This document shows, one piece after another, positions 6,951 to 16,400 of a DNA stretch of 41,081 bases. Source of the stretch: a virus (lineage: Duplodnaviria > Caudoviricetes); IMG/VR virus record IMGVR_UViG_3300034279_001484, positions 1-41,081 of that record, one strand, 5' to 3'. The notes under the pieces were generated by a model. That model was not told the origin of the DNA, did not search any database, and saw only the letters and a program-made list of their open reading frames with translations. The first letter of the stretch is position 1. Each line of letters starts with the position of its first letter. A program made the translations under genes and the position numbers.

Positions 6951-7779
6951 TAGGGTTGCAGTGATCAGCGATGTTCACGCGAACATCCAGGGTCTTGAAG
7001 CGGTTTTGTACGACATTGCCCAGTTCCAGCCAGACGAAATCTGGCACACAGGCGATCTCGTCGGCTACGGCGCACGCCCAAACGAGGTTATTGACATGCT
7101 GCGAGCAGTGAGGGCTAAGGGCATCCTTGGCAACCACGACGAAGAAGCGCTCAAGACCTGGGGCAATGCCGCCGAGTTTAATGACAGCGCACGCTCCGCA
7201 ATCATGTGGACAAAAGATGCGTTGAACGAAACCTCTCGCGCCTTTTTGTACGACCTGCGCCCAATGGCACGGTTTGCAATCGGCAACGAGCATGCGCTTC
7301 TGGTTCACGGGTCGCCGCGAGCGCCCATGTGGGAGTACATGTCGGCGCATGTTGCCCATGACGCATTTGACGCTTTGCGCGATTTCAATGCGGACTTTGG
7401 CTTGTACGGTCACACGCACCAGGCTGCAGAAATCTACAAGCGCCCGAAGACGGCGGAACTTGACATCAACAACATGGCGTTAGAAGAAATCCAGGATCGG
7501 ATTTCTATGGGGTGGACATACGCTCCATACATCATGAATAAATTAAATCCACAGATGCTGGAGGTGGAGGCGGCTGGGGCGTGGATGAACGCTGGCAGCG
7601 CTGGGCAACCACGGGACAACGACAAGCGCGCTGCGTGGCTGTCGCTGGCAGTGGACAAGCACGGAAAAACTATCCGCCAGATTCACCGCGTGGAGTACGA
7701 CATCCAGGGGGCGCAGCGGGACATCATCCAGGCTGGGCTGCCCCTTGATCTCGCCGAGAGGCTGGAGGTGGGTAGTTGA
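6934..7779 (+). CDS. Calcineurin-like metallophosphoesterase
   Basis: ISDVHAN, GDLVGYG, GNHD, VHGSP, GHTH and NAGSAGQPRD motifs. Confidence 0.92.
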   Translation: MTEQVNRVAVISDVHANIQGLEAVLYDIAQFQPDEIWHTGDLVGYGARPNEVIDMLRAVRAKGILGNHDEEALKTWGNAAEFNDSARSAIMWTKDALNETSRAFLYDLRPMARFAIGNEHALLVHGSPRAPMWEYMSAHVAHDAFDALRDFNADFGLYGHTHQAAEIYKRPKTAELDINNMALEEIQDRISMGWTYAPYIMNKLNPQMLEVEAAGAWMNAGSAGQPRDNDKRAAWLSLAVDKHGKTIRQIHRVEYDIQGAQRDIIQAGLPLDLAERLEVGS

Positions 7780-7840
7780 CATCTGAAACGCTAGGGTTTA
7801 TGCTTCCTTTGGAAGCGGGGGCTGTCCCCGCAGGAGGAGG
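7776..7840 (+). promoter_or_regulatory. Early cassette 5: promoter with operator, hairpin (different loop) and RBS
   Basis: TTGACA (7776), 17 bp, TATGCT (7799); AAAC-GCTAGG-GTTT at 7786-7799; GCGGGG-GCTGT-CCCCGC at 7815-7831; AGGAGGAGG. Confidence 0.88.
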
Positions 7841-7847
7841 AAAACTG

Positions 7848-8102
7848 GTGGGAGTCTTCAAGGATCTGGCAATCCAGGAACTGAATCAGGAAACCAGCAC
7901 GGCGCCAACCTGCAGCGTATGCGGCGGGTACAACCAAACTTCAGGACACTTCTGCTTCACCTGCGTCAGCAAGTACGGCAGCAAGACCTGCGATTTTTGC
8001 GGAGTGTCGGTCGGAACGACTGGCGGGTTCAAGTGCCACGAGGAATGCAACCAGGTTTATTGCGCGGAACACATTGTCAAGTACGAAGGAGGAGTCAAGT
8101 GA
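7848..8102 (+). CDS. Small multi-Zn-finger hypothetical protein
   Basis: GTG after a strong RBS; CSVC, CFTC, CDFC, CHEEC and CAEH. Confidence 0.72.
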   Translation: MGVFKDLAIQELNQETSTAPTCSVCGGYNQTSGHFCFTCVSKYGSKTCDFCGVSVGTTGGFKCHEECNQVYCAEHIVKYEGGVK

Positions 8103-8404
8103 AGAATTTCCAGGGGAAGAGCCGAGACATTGAAAATCCGTATGCAATCTTCAGGGCTGGCACATGGGAGTGGCGCGTGTTGAAGCGGTACCAAAACCGC
8201 GACGCGGAAATTGCTAACCCGTATGCACGCTGGCTGTGCGCGGTGCAGTCGCCACACACTTACGGCGGCTGGGACATGGGGGATGTGTATGTCCGAGAAA
8301 TTCCAGGCGCCACGCCAGGAATGGCGCTCGGTGGAGAGGATGGAATTGACAAGTTGGTGGTCATGGACATCGCAGCAAAAATCGCTGACCTGGTGCAAGC
8401 GTGA
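8099..8404 (+). CDS. Phage hypothetical protein
   Basis: KSR..ENPYAI...WEWRVLK.YQ...PYARW..AV.SP.T.G.WDMGD pattern; GGAGG RBS. Confidence 0.78.
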   Translation: MKNFQGKSRDIENPYAIFRAGTWEWRVLKRYQNRDAEIANPYARWLCAVQSPHTYGGWDMGDVYVREIPGATPGMALGGEDGIDKLVVMDIAAKIADLVQA

Positions 8405-8479
8405 GCAGGCTATTCCTGCTTGCGTGCTTGATGTTGGTGTCAGCGGCAGCGCTGCAGAAAATTATGGGGGTGCATGGGT

Positions 8480-8638
8480 ATGTCTGAACTGTTTGACGAG
8501 GTGAAATTGACATTTTCGGAATTGGCGTATGCCTTTAAACACGATAGAAAGGAATTCGTAATGGATTTTCTAGGGGCTATTTCAATCTTGCTGGTTGTCT
8601 ACACCATGCTGCTGCTAGGTTCGGTGAAGAATGGGTAA
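8480..8638 (+). CDS. Small membrane protein (52 aa; not in the ORF track)
   Basis: C-terminal hydrophobic FLGAISILLVVYTMLLLGSV; overlaps the next start. Confidence 0.55.
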   Translation: MSELFDEVKLTFSELAYAFKHDRKEFVMDFLGAISILLVVYTMLLLGSVKNG

Positions 8639-9272
8639 GGCATACGGCGTCGCTATCAATCCTGTGCTGCTGATCAAGGATTTTGGCATCACCGACCTGA
8701 AACTGGTTGGACTAGACAAACCGATTGGTCGCTCGCTCAAAGAGGCGCTCAACCACAACGGGCTGGTTACGGATTACACCGCGCTTGGCTCGCTGCTGCT
8801 AGATGGCGAAGACGGCGAGCAACTGGAGGTCGGGCTGTTTGTGGATTCGGACGCCGAAATGCACGGCGAGACGGTCAACGGCAAGCGCCAACCTGGTCGG
8901 CTGAACTCGCTGGCAACGCTGATCCGACGCGCAGCCCTTGGCGCAATGGGCGAGAACCCGATTTCGGTAGCGCCAGTCTGCGGGCGAGTAGTTATCTGCA
9001 AGATTGACGATGACCGCGATCCGCACCCGCTCAATGAGGCGCAGGGCTACATCGTCATGACCCAACTTGCCGAACTTTTGGGCAACGGCTACCTTGGTGA
9101 CGAGCGCTTTGACCAGAAATTCCTGGATTGGATGTCTACGCAGGAGGTGCAGGAAAGCGCTATGGAGATGGCGAAAGTGCTGACCAAAATCATGAAGCGA
9201 GATGGCGGCACGATGGGCGACTTGCCTTATCCAGAGGACAAAACTGAGAAAAAGAAGGAATTGGTGCATTGA
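8631..9272 (+). CDS. Hypothetical protein, DUF3846-like
   Basis: LFVDSD...LNSLAT...VCGRVVIC resembles the DUF3846 pattern. Confidence 0.6.
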   Translation: MGKAYGVAINPVLLIKDFGITDLKLVGLDKPIGRSLKEALNHNGLVTDYTALGSLLLDGEDGEQLEVGLFVDSDAEMHGETVNGKRQPGRLNSLATLIRRAALGAMGENPISVAPVCGRVVICKIDDDRDPHPLNEAQGYIVMTQLAELLGNGYLGDERFDQKFLDWMSTQEVQESAMEMAKVLTKIMKRDGGTMGDLPYPEDKTEKKKELVH

Positions 9273-9739
9273 TGGCTGAAGTCCCGCACATTAAACGGGA
9301 GGGTGTTTACAACAAACGCAAGCGCCGACAACTTGGGCAGGTGGACTGGACGCCCCTGAACCAGGAAGGCGTGGATCTGTTTGTTCGGATTTTCCTGGAT
9401 GTGATTCTTCCTTGCCACGGCGAGGAGTGGAAGCATGTCCAGGAAGAGACGGTCAGAACGATTAGCCCTGAACTGTCGGACGCTGTGGAAGCGGAGATTT
9501 ATGCACAAAATCCGCTTGCAGTGATTACCGAGTATGTCAACGGCAAACCACGGTGGTCAGCCCAGGGCGGTGAATCGCTGGAAATGATGTATGTCCGATT
9601 TAGCAACGGCTTGCTTTCGCCAGAGGAAGCATGGGCTGCAGCAGGCAACGAATGCGAATGCGGCAACGGCGGGTTCGGCTGTTTTAATTCCGAACACAAC
9701 AAAATGAGATCAGAGATGGAGGCTTGGACAAATGAGTAG
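9272..9739 (+). CDS. Hypothetical protein
   Basis: TGATG coupling; long ORF with genome-typical codon use. Confidence 0.72.
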   Translation: MAEVPHIKREGVYNKRKRRQLGQVDWTPLNQEGVDLFVRIFLDVILPCHGEEWKHVQEETVRTISPELSDAVEAEIYAQNPLAVITEYVNGKPRWSAQGGESLEMMYVRFSNGLLSPEEAWAAAGNECECGNGGFGCFNSEHNKMRSEMEAWTNE

Positions 9740-9905
9740 CGAAAAGTACACACTGCGCGAGGCAGCCACAATCCTGGGCATCAGCCCGACAACGCTACGG
9801 GTACAATTGAACCGTGGACGCATTGAAGGCGAGAAGCGTGGGCGAGACTGGTTTCTCACTGCTGCGACGGTTCGCCAGTATCAGCGGGAAACGGGTAAAA
9901 AGTAA
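9732..9905 (+). CDS. Excisionase/MerR-like HTH DNA-binding protein (57 aa; not in the ORF track)
   Basis: YTLREAATILGISPTTLRVQLNRGRIEGEKRGRDWFL fits the HTH_17 pattern; GGAGG RBS. Confidence 0.85.
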   Translation: MSSEKYTLREAATILGISPTTLRVQLNRGRIEGEKRGRDWFLTAATVRQYQRETGKK

Positions 9906-10023
9906 AAAAATAGATTTGCGCTTCGCGCCAGGTGTCTAAGTATTACCTAATGTCAAAACGGGTCTCTCCGTTGTTCTGACGGGGTGGATTTCTGTAACAA
10001 AACCAGAAATTAGCAATGTTGGG

Positions 10024-10032
10024 TGGTAGAGT
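10024..10032 (+). promoter_or_regulatory. Extended -10 element for a probable leaderless terS transcript
   Basis: TG-G-TAGAGT ends 6 nt before ATG 10039; no SD sequence. Confidence 0.5.
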
Positions 10033-10038
10033 GTCAAC

Positions 10039-10533
10039 ATGACCGATACAAATGAAAACCTGGAAATTGGTAGACCGACCAAGAAAACTGAGCAGCGCAC
10101 AGAAGCGCTACTTCAGTCACTTCGTGCTGGAGCATCTCGGCAGCGGGCAGCGGCTTTGGCTGGTATTCATAGAGACACACTGTACGAGTGGATGAAGCAA
10201 GATCCTGCATTTTCCGACGCTATAGAAAAAGCAGAAGCATTTGCAGAATCTAGGTTTTTGGCTAGAGTGGCTACCGCAGCAGAAAATGAGCGCTCATGGC
10301 AGGCAGCCGCTTGGATCTTGGAGCGCAGGTTCCCGAATGAATGGCGCCGACGCGAAGGCGTTGAGGTCAGCGGAGCCGAAGGCAAGGCTATTGAGGTGAA
10401 AACTGTTGGAGACCCTGAAGCAGACGCAGCCCGACTCGCAGCAACCCTTGGACTTCTGGAGCAACTGGGCGTTGTCTCTAGACCCGACGACACGATCATC
10501 CCTGCTGGAGAGGCTGAATCCGACCCTTCCTGA
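10039..10533 (+). CDS. terS: Terminase small subunit
   Basis: GRPTK, HTH AAALAGIHRDTLYEW and WQAAAWILERRFP; directly upstream of terL. Confidence 0.88.
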   Translation: MTDTNENLEIGRPTKKTEQRTEALLQSLRAGASRQRAAALAGIHRDTLYEWMKQDPAFSDAIEKAEAFAESRFLARVATAAENERSWQAAAWILERRFPNEWRRREGVEVSGAEGKAIEVKTVGDPEADAARLAATLGLLEQLGVVSRPDDTIIPAGEAESDPS

Positions 10534-11872
10534 TTGCGTCCCGCACAAGCCAGAAGTGCCGCAGGCGGTGTTTCTGAGCCTGGGCAACCGAGAGGCTCTG
10601 TACGGCGGGGCTGCTGGTGGAGGCAAATCAGACGCTTTACTCATGGCTGCGCTTCAGCACATCCACATTCCCAACTATTCCGCCCTGCTGCTGCGCCGAA
10701 CCTACAAAGACCTCTCCCTACCCGATGCAGTCATGGATCGCGCTCGTAGGTGGCTCGCTGGTGCCTCTGGCGTGACCTGGAATGGTGAGCGAAGAGAGTT
10801 TCGCTGGGGAAATGGCGCCACGCTCGTATTCGGTCACTTGGAGAACGAAAACGACAAATACCGCTACCAGGGTGCCGCCTTCCAATACATCGGCTTTGAC
10901 GAGTTGACCCAGTTCAGCGAAACCCAGTACATGTTTGTTACATCACGCTTGCGACGGCTCAAGGGCTTTTCTGCCACGCCGCGAATCCGCTCGGCTTCCA
11001 ACCCTGGAGGGCTTGGGCATGACTGGGTGTTTAATCGCTTTATTCCCCACAAGGATGAGCGCACGGGTGAGTGGATTGTTCCGAGGGACAAGACGGGAGA
11101 GGCTCGGCTCTTTGTTCCAGCCAAATTGACTGATAACCCGCACCTAGACCAGGAAGAGTACATGCGGACGCTCAACGAACTGGACGATGTGATGCGCGCC
11201 CAACTGGTAGACGGCGCCTGGACTGTGGCTCCTGCAGGCGACTTTTTCAACCCTGGCTCTCTGGAGAACTATGTGGACGACCTGGAGTGGGGCGACTATC
11301 GCTGGGTTCGCTACTGGGACTTGGCTGCGACTGAGGCGAAGGCTGGGCGAGACCCCGACTACACGGCGGGCGCTCTGGTGGGGCGTTCCCAGAAAACGGG
11401 GCTTACTGTGGTCGCCGACATCCAGCGTGTCCGAGCGCGCCCTGACCAGGTGGAGAATCTGATCATGGCGTGCGCCCAGAATGACCCCAAGGGTACGGCG
11501 ATCCGAATGGAGCAGGAACCTGGCGCATCGGGCGTTATGGCAATTGACCATTACTCCCGCAAGGTGCTGTATGGGTACGATTTCAAGGGGCTGCGTGCAA
11601 CAGGCGCCAAGGATGTGCGCGCTCGTGCATTTGCAGCGCAGGCAAATCGTGGGAATGTGCGCCTAGTGCGTGGCTTCTGGAATTCACCCTTTGTTTCGGA
11701 GTGTTACGCTTTCCCCAAGGGCGCACACGACGACCAGGTGGACGCTGTGTCTGGCGCTGTCAACGAACTTTCTGGCATTTATGTTTCTGGCTCTGCTGCA
11801 ATTGCCCCCACACTGGCATCGCAACGGCTAGGATCTGAGACAATAAGGCGATCCCGATTGATCGCTGGTTAG
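10406..11872 (+). CDS. terL: Terminase large subunit (start uncertain)
   Basis: Walker A YGGAAGGGKS, Walker B IGFDELTQF, ASNPGG; nuclease motifs YWDLA, EQEPG and HDDQVDA. Confidence 0.96.
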   Translation: METLKQTQPDSQQPLDFWSNWALSLDPTTRSSLLERLNPTLPDCVPHKPEVPQAVFLSLGNREALYGGAAGGGKSDALLMAALQHIHIPNYSALLLRRTYKDLSLPDAVMDRARRWLAGASGVTWNGERREFRWGNGATLVFGHLENENDKYRYQGAAFQYIGFDELTQFSETQYMFVTSRLRRLKGFSATPRIRSASNPGGLGHDWVFNRFIPHKDERTGEWIVPRDKTGEARLFVPAKLTDNPHLDQEEYMRTLNELDDVMRAQLVDGAWTVAPAGDFFNPGSLENYVDDLEWGDYRWVRYWDLAATEAKAGRDPDYTAGALVGRSQKTGLTVVADIQRVRARPDQVENLIMACAQNDPKGTAIRMEQEPGASGVMAIDHYSRKVLYGYDFKGLRATGAKDVRARAFAAQANRGNVRLVRGFWNSPFVSECYAFPKGAHDDQVDAVSGAVNELSGIYVSGSAAIAPTLASQRLGSETIRRSRLIAG

Positions 11873-11879
11873 GAGAGAA

Positions 11880-13394
11880 ATGGCAAGTTTTACCGAGCGC
11901 GTAACCAAGGCTTTTAAAGTCCTCCGAGAGGGCTTGACTGAGCCTACGACTGGGCTGATTGATTCCGACGATTACCTGTATCGCCGACTTACTGGCGAGA
12001 CTCGTGACCTGACGCCTGTTACCCAGGAGCGCGCCCGCACGGTGTCTCGCTACCTGCATCGCCAAAACCCGCTGGCTCGCCGAATGGTGGAAATCATGGC
12101 GGACTTTGTGGTGGGCGATGGGCTGACCTATGTGTGCGTAGACCCAAATGTGCAAGAGATCGTGGATGAATTCTGGGCTGACCCTGAAATGAAGATGGAT
12201 CTGCGACATCGTGACCTGGTGGTAGACCTGGCTGTCAATGGCGAATTGTTCCTGCGCGCCTACGAGAAGAATGGCAAGGTGGCGCTTGGCTACATTGACC
12301 CAGCCCGCGTAAAGGAAGTTCACAAGGATAACGAAAACGCTTTTGTGGACAAGGAAATTACGATCTACACCAAGCGCTACCAGGAGGGCGAGGAAGTAGT
12401 GCCGATTATGCAGCCAATCCCAAGCAAGGCTGGTATGGACTTTGATGGCGAGGTTTTTGCCTATTTCATCAACCGCCCAGTAGGTGCGACTCGTGGCACG
12501 CCAGACTCATTGGCACTTGCCGACTGGATTGACGGTTACGACAGCATTATGTTCAACGCAGTGGATCGCGCAAACCTAATGAACACCTTTATTTGGGATG
12601 TAACCCTGAAGAATGCAGACGGCGAGCAGGTGCAGGATTGGTCGCGTAATCACCTGATTTCACCGAAGCCTGGAACAGTGCGCGTCCACAACGACTACGA
12701 AACCTGGCAGGCAGTCTCTCCAACGCTCGGCGCTTCAGAGACCGAAACAATTAGCCGCATGATTAAAAACCTGATCCTTGGCGGAGCGGGCGTCCCAGAA
12801 GCCTGGTTTGCAGATGGCGACTCAGCGAACCGCGCCACGGTTGCAGAGCAGGGAGCGCCGACCTACCGAATGTTGACCGCACGCCAGCGCCTAGTTGGTT
12901 CAATTTTTGAGGAAATTGCCCAGTATGTGATCGCCAAGGCGGTTCAGTCGGGGCGCCTCTCCAAGAATGTTGATCGTTCCTGCATCGTGGTGCTGCCAGA
13001 CCCAAGCGTGGAAGACACCAAGGGAATCGCAGCCGCCCTTCCGCAACTCATGGGCGCGCTTTCTGCTGCAACCAGCAGCAAATTCATCAGCACCGACTCC
13101 GCCCGCAAGGTATTCCTCAGCATCACCGAGCAGTTGGGCATTGAACTTGACCCAGAGGTTGAGGAAGAGTTGATTGAGGAAGAGGAAGCCGAGAATCTTG
13201 CCAAGCAGCAGGCGGCGGGTCTTCCAGCACCAGGCGCCCCAAACATGCAGCCAGCAATGTTGGACGCGCAGGCACGACGAGAGCAAGCCACGGTTGAGCA
13301 GGCTGAAGAGCGCATCGGCAAGGCAGCCGAATTTGGGGAAAAGCGCGAGACCGAGCAGGAAGGCTCAGAGCGCGAGAATCCTGGCGGGGCGTAA
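11880..13394 (+). CDS. Portal protein
   Basis: 504 aa directly after terL; NPLARRMVE...DFVVGDG, GELF and NRAT patterns. Confidence 0.88.
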   Translation: MASFTERVTKAFKVLREGLTEPTTGLIDSDDYLYRRLTGETRDLTPVTQERARTVSRYLHRQNPLARRMVEIMADFVVGDGLTYVCVDPNVQEIVDEFWADPEMKMDLRHRDLVVDLAVNGELFLRAYEKNGKVALGYIDPARVKEVHKDNENAFVDKEITIYTKRYQEGEEVVPIMQPIPSKAGMDFDGEVFAYFINRPVGATRGTPDSLALADWIDGYDSIMFNAVDRANLMNTFIWDVTLKNADGEQVQDWSRNHLISPKPGTVRVHNDYETWQAVSPTLGASETETISRMIKNLILGGAGVPEAWFADGDSANRATVAEQGAPTYRMLTARQRLVGSIFEEIAQYVIAKAVQSGRLSKNVDRSCIVVLPDPSVEDTKGIAAALPQLMGALSAATSSKFISTDSARKVFLSITEQLGIELDPEVEEELIEEEEAENLAKQQAAGLPAPGAPNMQPAMLDAQARREQATVEQAEERIGKAAEFGEKRETEQEGSERENPGGA

Positions 13395-13400
13395 TCCCGC

Positions 13401-16400
13401 ATGGCTGAAACAAAAGAGCCGCAGCAGCAGACCCCAGCCCAGCAAGAGCAGTGGGCAGGATCGCCAGCGCGTGAAGCCTGGGCAAAAGCGCTTCTAGATC
13501 GCGCCTACAAGGGCGTTGCAATTGAAGACAGCGCCATGGCGGAAATGAAGTCGCTGCTGTACCGCGCCCAAGAGGAAGTCGCCAAAATCCTGCAGGACTA
13601 CAACGGTCAGAGCATCCCAGAGTGGCGGCTCAACCGAGTGAATCAGCAAATTGCCGCCCTGGAGCGCTTGAGTGGCGAGTGGGATGCAAAGGCGACCGAA
13701 ATCCTGCGGAGGCATTTGGGAACGCTTGCACAGGCTGCAAAAGGGCTTCCAGCAGAGGAGCAGGCACGGGTCAACGATGCGATCAGCACGGCGAAGGCGC
13801 AGTTGGACGCTTCGGCTCGTGGTGAGGTGCGTGGCTCGCAGGCAACCGCAGGCTCAATTCGTGTCCCCACGGCGACTCGTGGTAGGGGCGCCGCTGGCAT
13901 GGTGTATTCCGACCCGCGCTATGTGGACATCGCCATCCAGTATGTCCCCGAACAAATCAAGGATTCGCTTGGCAAACTGAAAGCGGCAGTCAAGCAGGAA
14001 ATCATCCGAAACAGCCTTGCCCTGGATACGCCAGAAGCGAGCATGGCACGGTTGACCAGTGTGGCGACGCCGATTGGCGCGTTCCCTACGGCGGCAGTCC
14101 GAGCCGAGGCGATTGTTCGCACCGAATTTGGTCGGGTCAGCCAGATCGCCAACATGTCGGCTATCGCGCAAATGGCAGAGAATCCCTACGGCATCCCGAA
14201 TGAGGCTTCGGTGATGACAGACGCCAATGGGTTTATGTACAAGGAATGGATCGCAGTGGGCGACTCGCGCACGCGACCAGAACACGCAGCCCTGGATGGC
14301 ACCATCGTTCGCTACGACCAGCCGTTCATGGTGGGCGAGTTTGAAGCCCAGTTCCCGAAAGACCCAGCACTACCAGCCAAGCACGGCGTCAATTGCCGCT
14401 GCATGGTGGTTCCTGCGTTCCCGCCAGAATTCGCTGCACAGATGGGCGCGTTTAACCAGGGCGTCAATGGCGCAGTTCCTGGCGCGGGGATGGGCGACTA
14501 CCTAGACGCGGCGCTTAATGGCGAGCCAGTCCAGCCAGCCCAGCCGCTCCCAGGGGGCGGCTTCGTAGACCCGACGGATGTTTCAGTCATGGCACCAGAG
14601 GCAACGCCTAACCCTTATGGTGGCGTCATCCCAGTTGGCAGCGATGGTCACGGAATTGCAGCCGACGGCACAGTTATTTCGTCTGGACTTGCCGCGCAAG
14701 ATTTTATTGGCACGCAGCAGCAGTTGCTAGACAACATCCAACTGGCGATGAGCAGGATTAACACGCTTCCTGGCGTACAGCGCACCAGCAGGCTCGGCGT
14801 CAGCGACATCGTGTTCGGGCGAGTCACAGACATCTTGCGTCAGGCAACCGCATCGGTTGGGCGCGTTGCCAAGAGCCTTGCCACACCACCAAGCATCGCC
14901 GTCAACGATGACTCCCAGGCACTGCTTGCATTGCTGCAGCCAAAGAAGGGCGGAAAGCGCAAGAAGAAAGTCTTGGTTCCAGTGCGCGGCGACGAGATGT
15001 TTGAGGAGGCATTGCCGCCAGTCGCTTTGGTCATCAAGGATGCCGCTGCTATGGCTGGGAAATCGGCTGATGCAGCGGAATACATGTTGCAAACAGGGTT
15101 TAGTAAGTGGAAAGATTACCTGGAGTTCATTGCAACAGAGATGCGACGGCGAGACGAAGCAAATGCCAAGGGAGAGGCGTTTGTTCCAAAGCCAAAAATT
15201 GTTTACGACCGCAAAAACCAGAAAGGCGAGAGAGTCGTCCTGGAATTTGACTTGGATGCATGGGCAAAACTTCCAGCACCAGCGCGTGAATTCATCCTTC
15301 GCACGGTAACTTCACGAGAGGTGCGCGACAGTGGTCAGGACACATCTTTTGCAAATAGAGGCTTGATTGAAACGCTGGAGCAGCGAGCGCAAAAGCGTCT
15401 TAACCTCCTGATTGAAAGCGCACGGATGAATGAGCATGAGGCGACAAGTCAGGCAACGCAGGTCGCCATGCTCAAAGTTATTGAGCGAGCAGTCGGGAAA
15501 ATCGTCCCAGACTGGCACCGTCTACCCGTTGAGGAACTGCACAAGATGCTGTACGGCAGCGATACACCGCCAGACGACTCAAAGCAGATGCTGGAGCATG
15601 CCTTTGCTTCTGGGGGAAGAGGCGGGCGATCCAAACCAGAATACTTCATTCTGAAACGGCTCCAGGAGTTGCGCGGCGACCCGCGCTACGCAGAAATTCT
15701 GGCAAAGCACGACGCTGAGTCGCAACTGCCAGAAGATGTGCGAAAGGCTGTCTACGACTCTCCAGACGATTTGCTAGAGGGATTGGCAAAGGCGGAAGCA
15801 GCGGTTGAGGCGATTCTTGCCGAGCCAGAATCAGATCAGCAAACAGTCAAAACAAATTGGCGGCTTCGCCTGGATTCGGCAGTAGAAATTCTTAACGGCT
15901 GGGAAAAGATTCTGCAGTACCACTTGACCATGGACACCCTTCCTGGAAGCGGCTATTACGAGGCTGTCTACTTGGACTTGGCTGCACGGCTTGAGCGGCA
16001 GGGTGTGGACATTTCCAAAGATTTTGGTAAGTGGTATGTAGATCGGGAACTGCAAAACCCAGAATCCATTGTGTCCAAGCGCTTTGCGCTGATGAAGCAA
16101 ACATTAATCGTGCCAAAGCCAGGCGAAAAAGACTATGTGGAGCGAACGCCTGGCGAACTCAGCGTACAAGTTCCGCGACCAAACGACACCTTCATCAATC
16201 CGCTAACTGGACAGCCCATTACCGAGCGGGACATGCTGGAATTCCTGTACATGCAATACAACGACATGGATGTTGTCAACAAGGAACTAAACATTACCGC
16301 CGTAATGCGCCAGAATCTTCCCTACGGAATTGATTTGCGAGAGATGGATGCTCAGGCAACCCGCTCGCTTCTGTATCAGTTTGCAGAAGAGGTCGGACAC

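Noticed and set aside
2918-7840. Repeated hairpins and promoters as a CRISPR or mini-CRISPR array, or as integron attC sites
   Set aside because: Spacing is irregular and mostly around 1 kb or more, the repeats are degenerate promoters, and there are no cas genes or integron integrase.
8401-8487. 28-aa hydrophobic ORF MSRLFLLACLMLVSAAALQKIMGVHGYV
   Set aside because: It is GTGA-coupled and could be real, but it is too short and has no RBS, so it cannot be supported as a feature.
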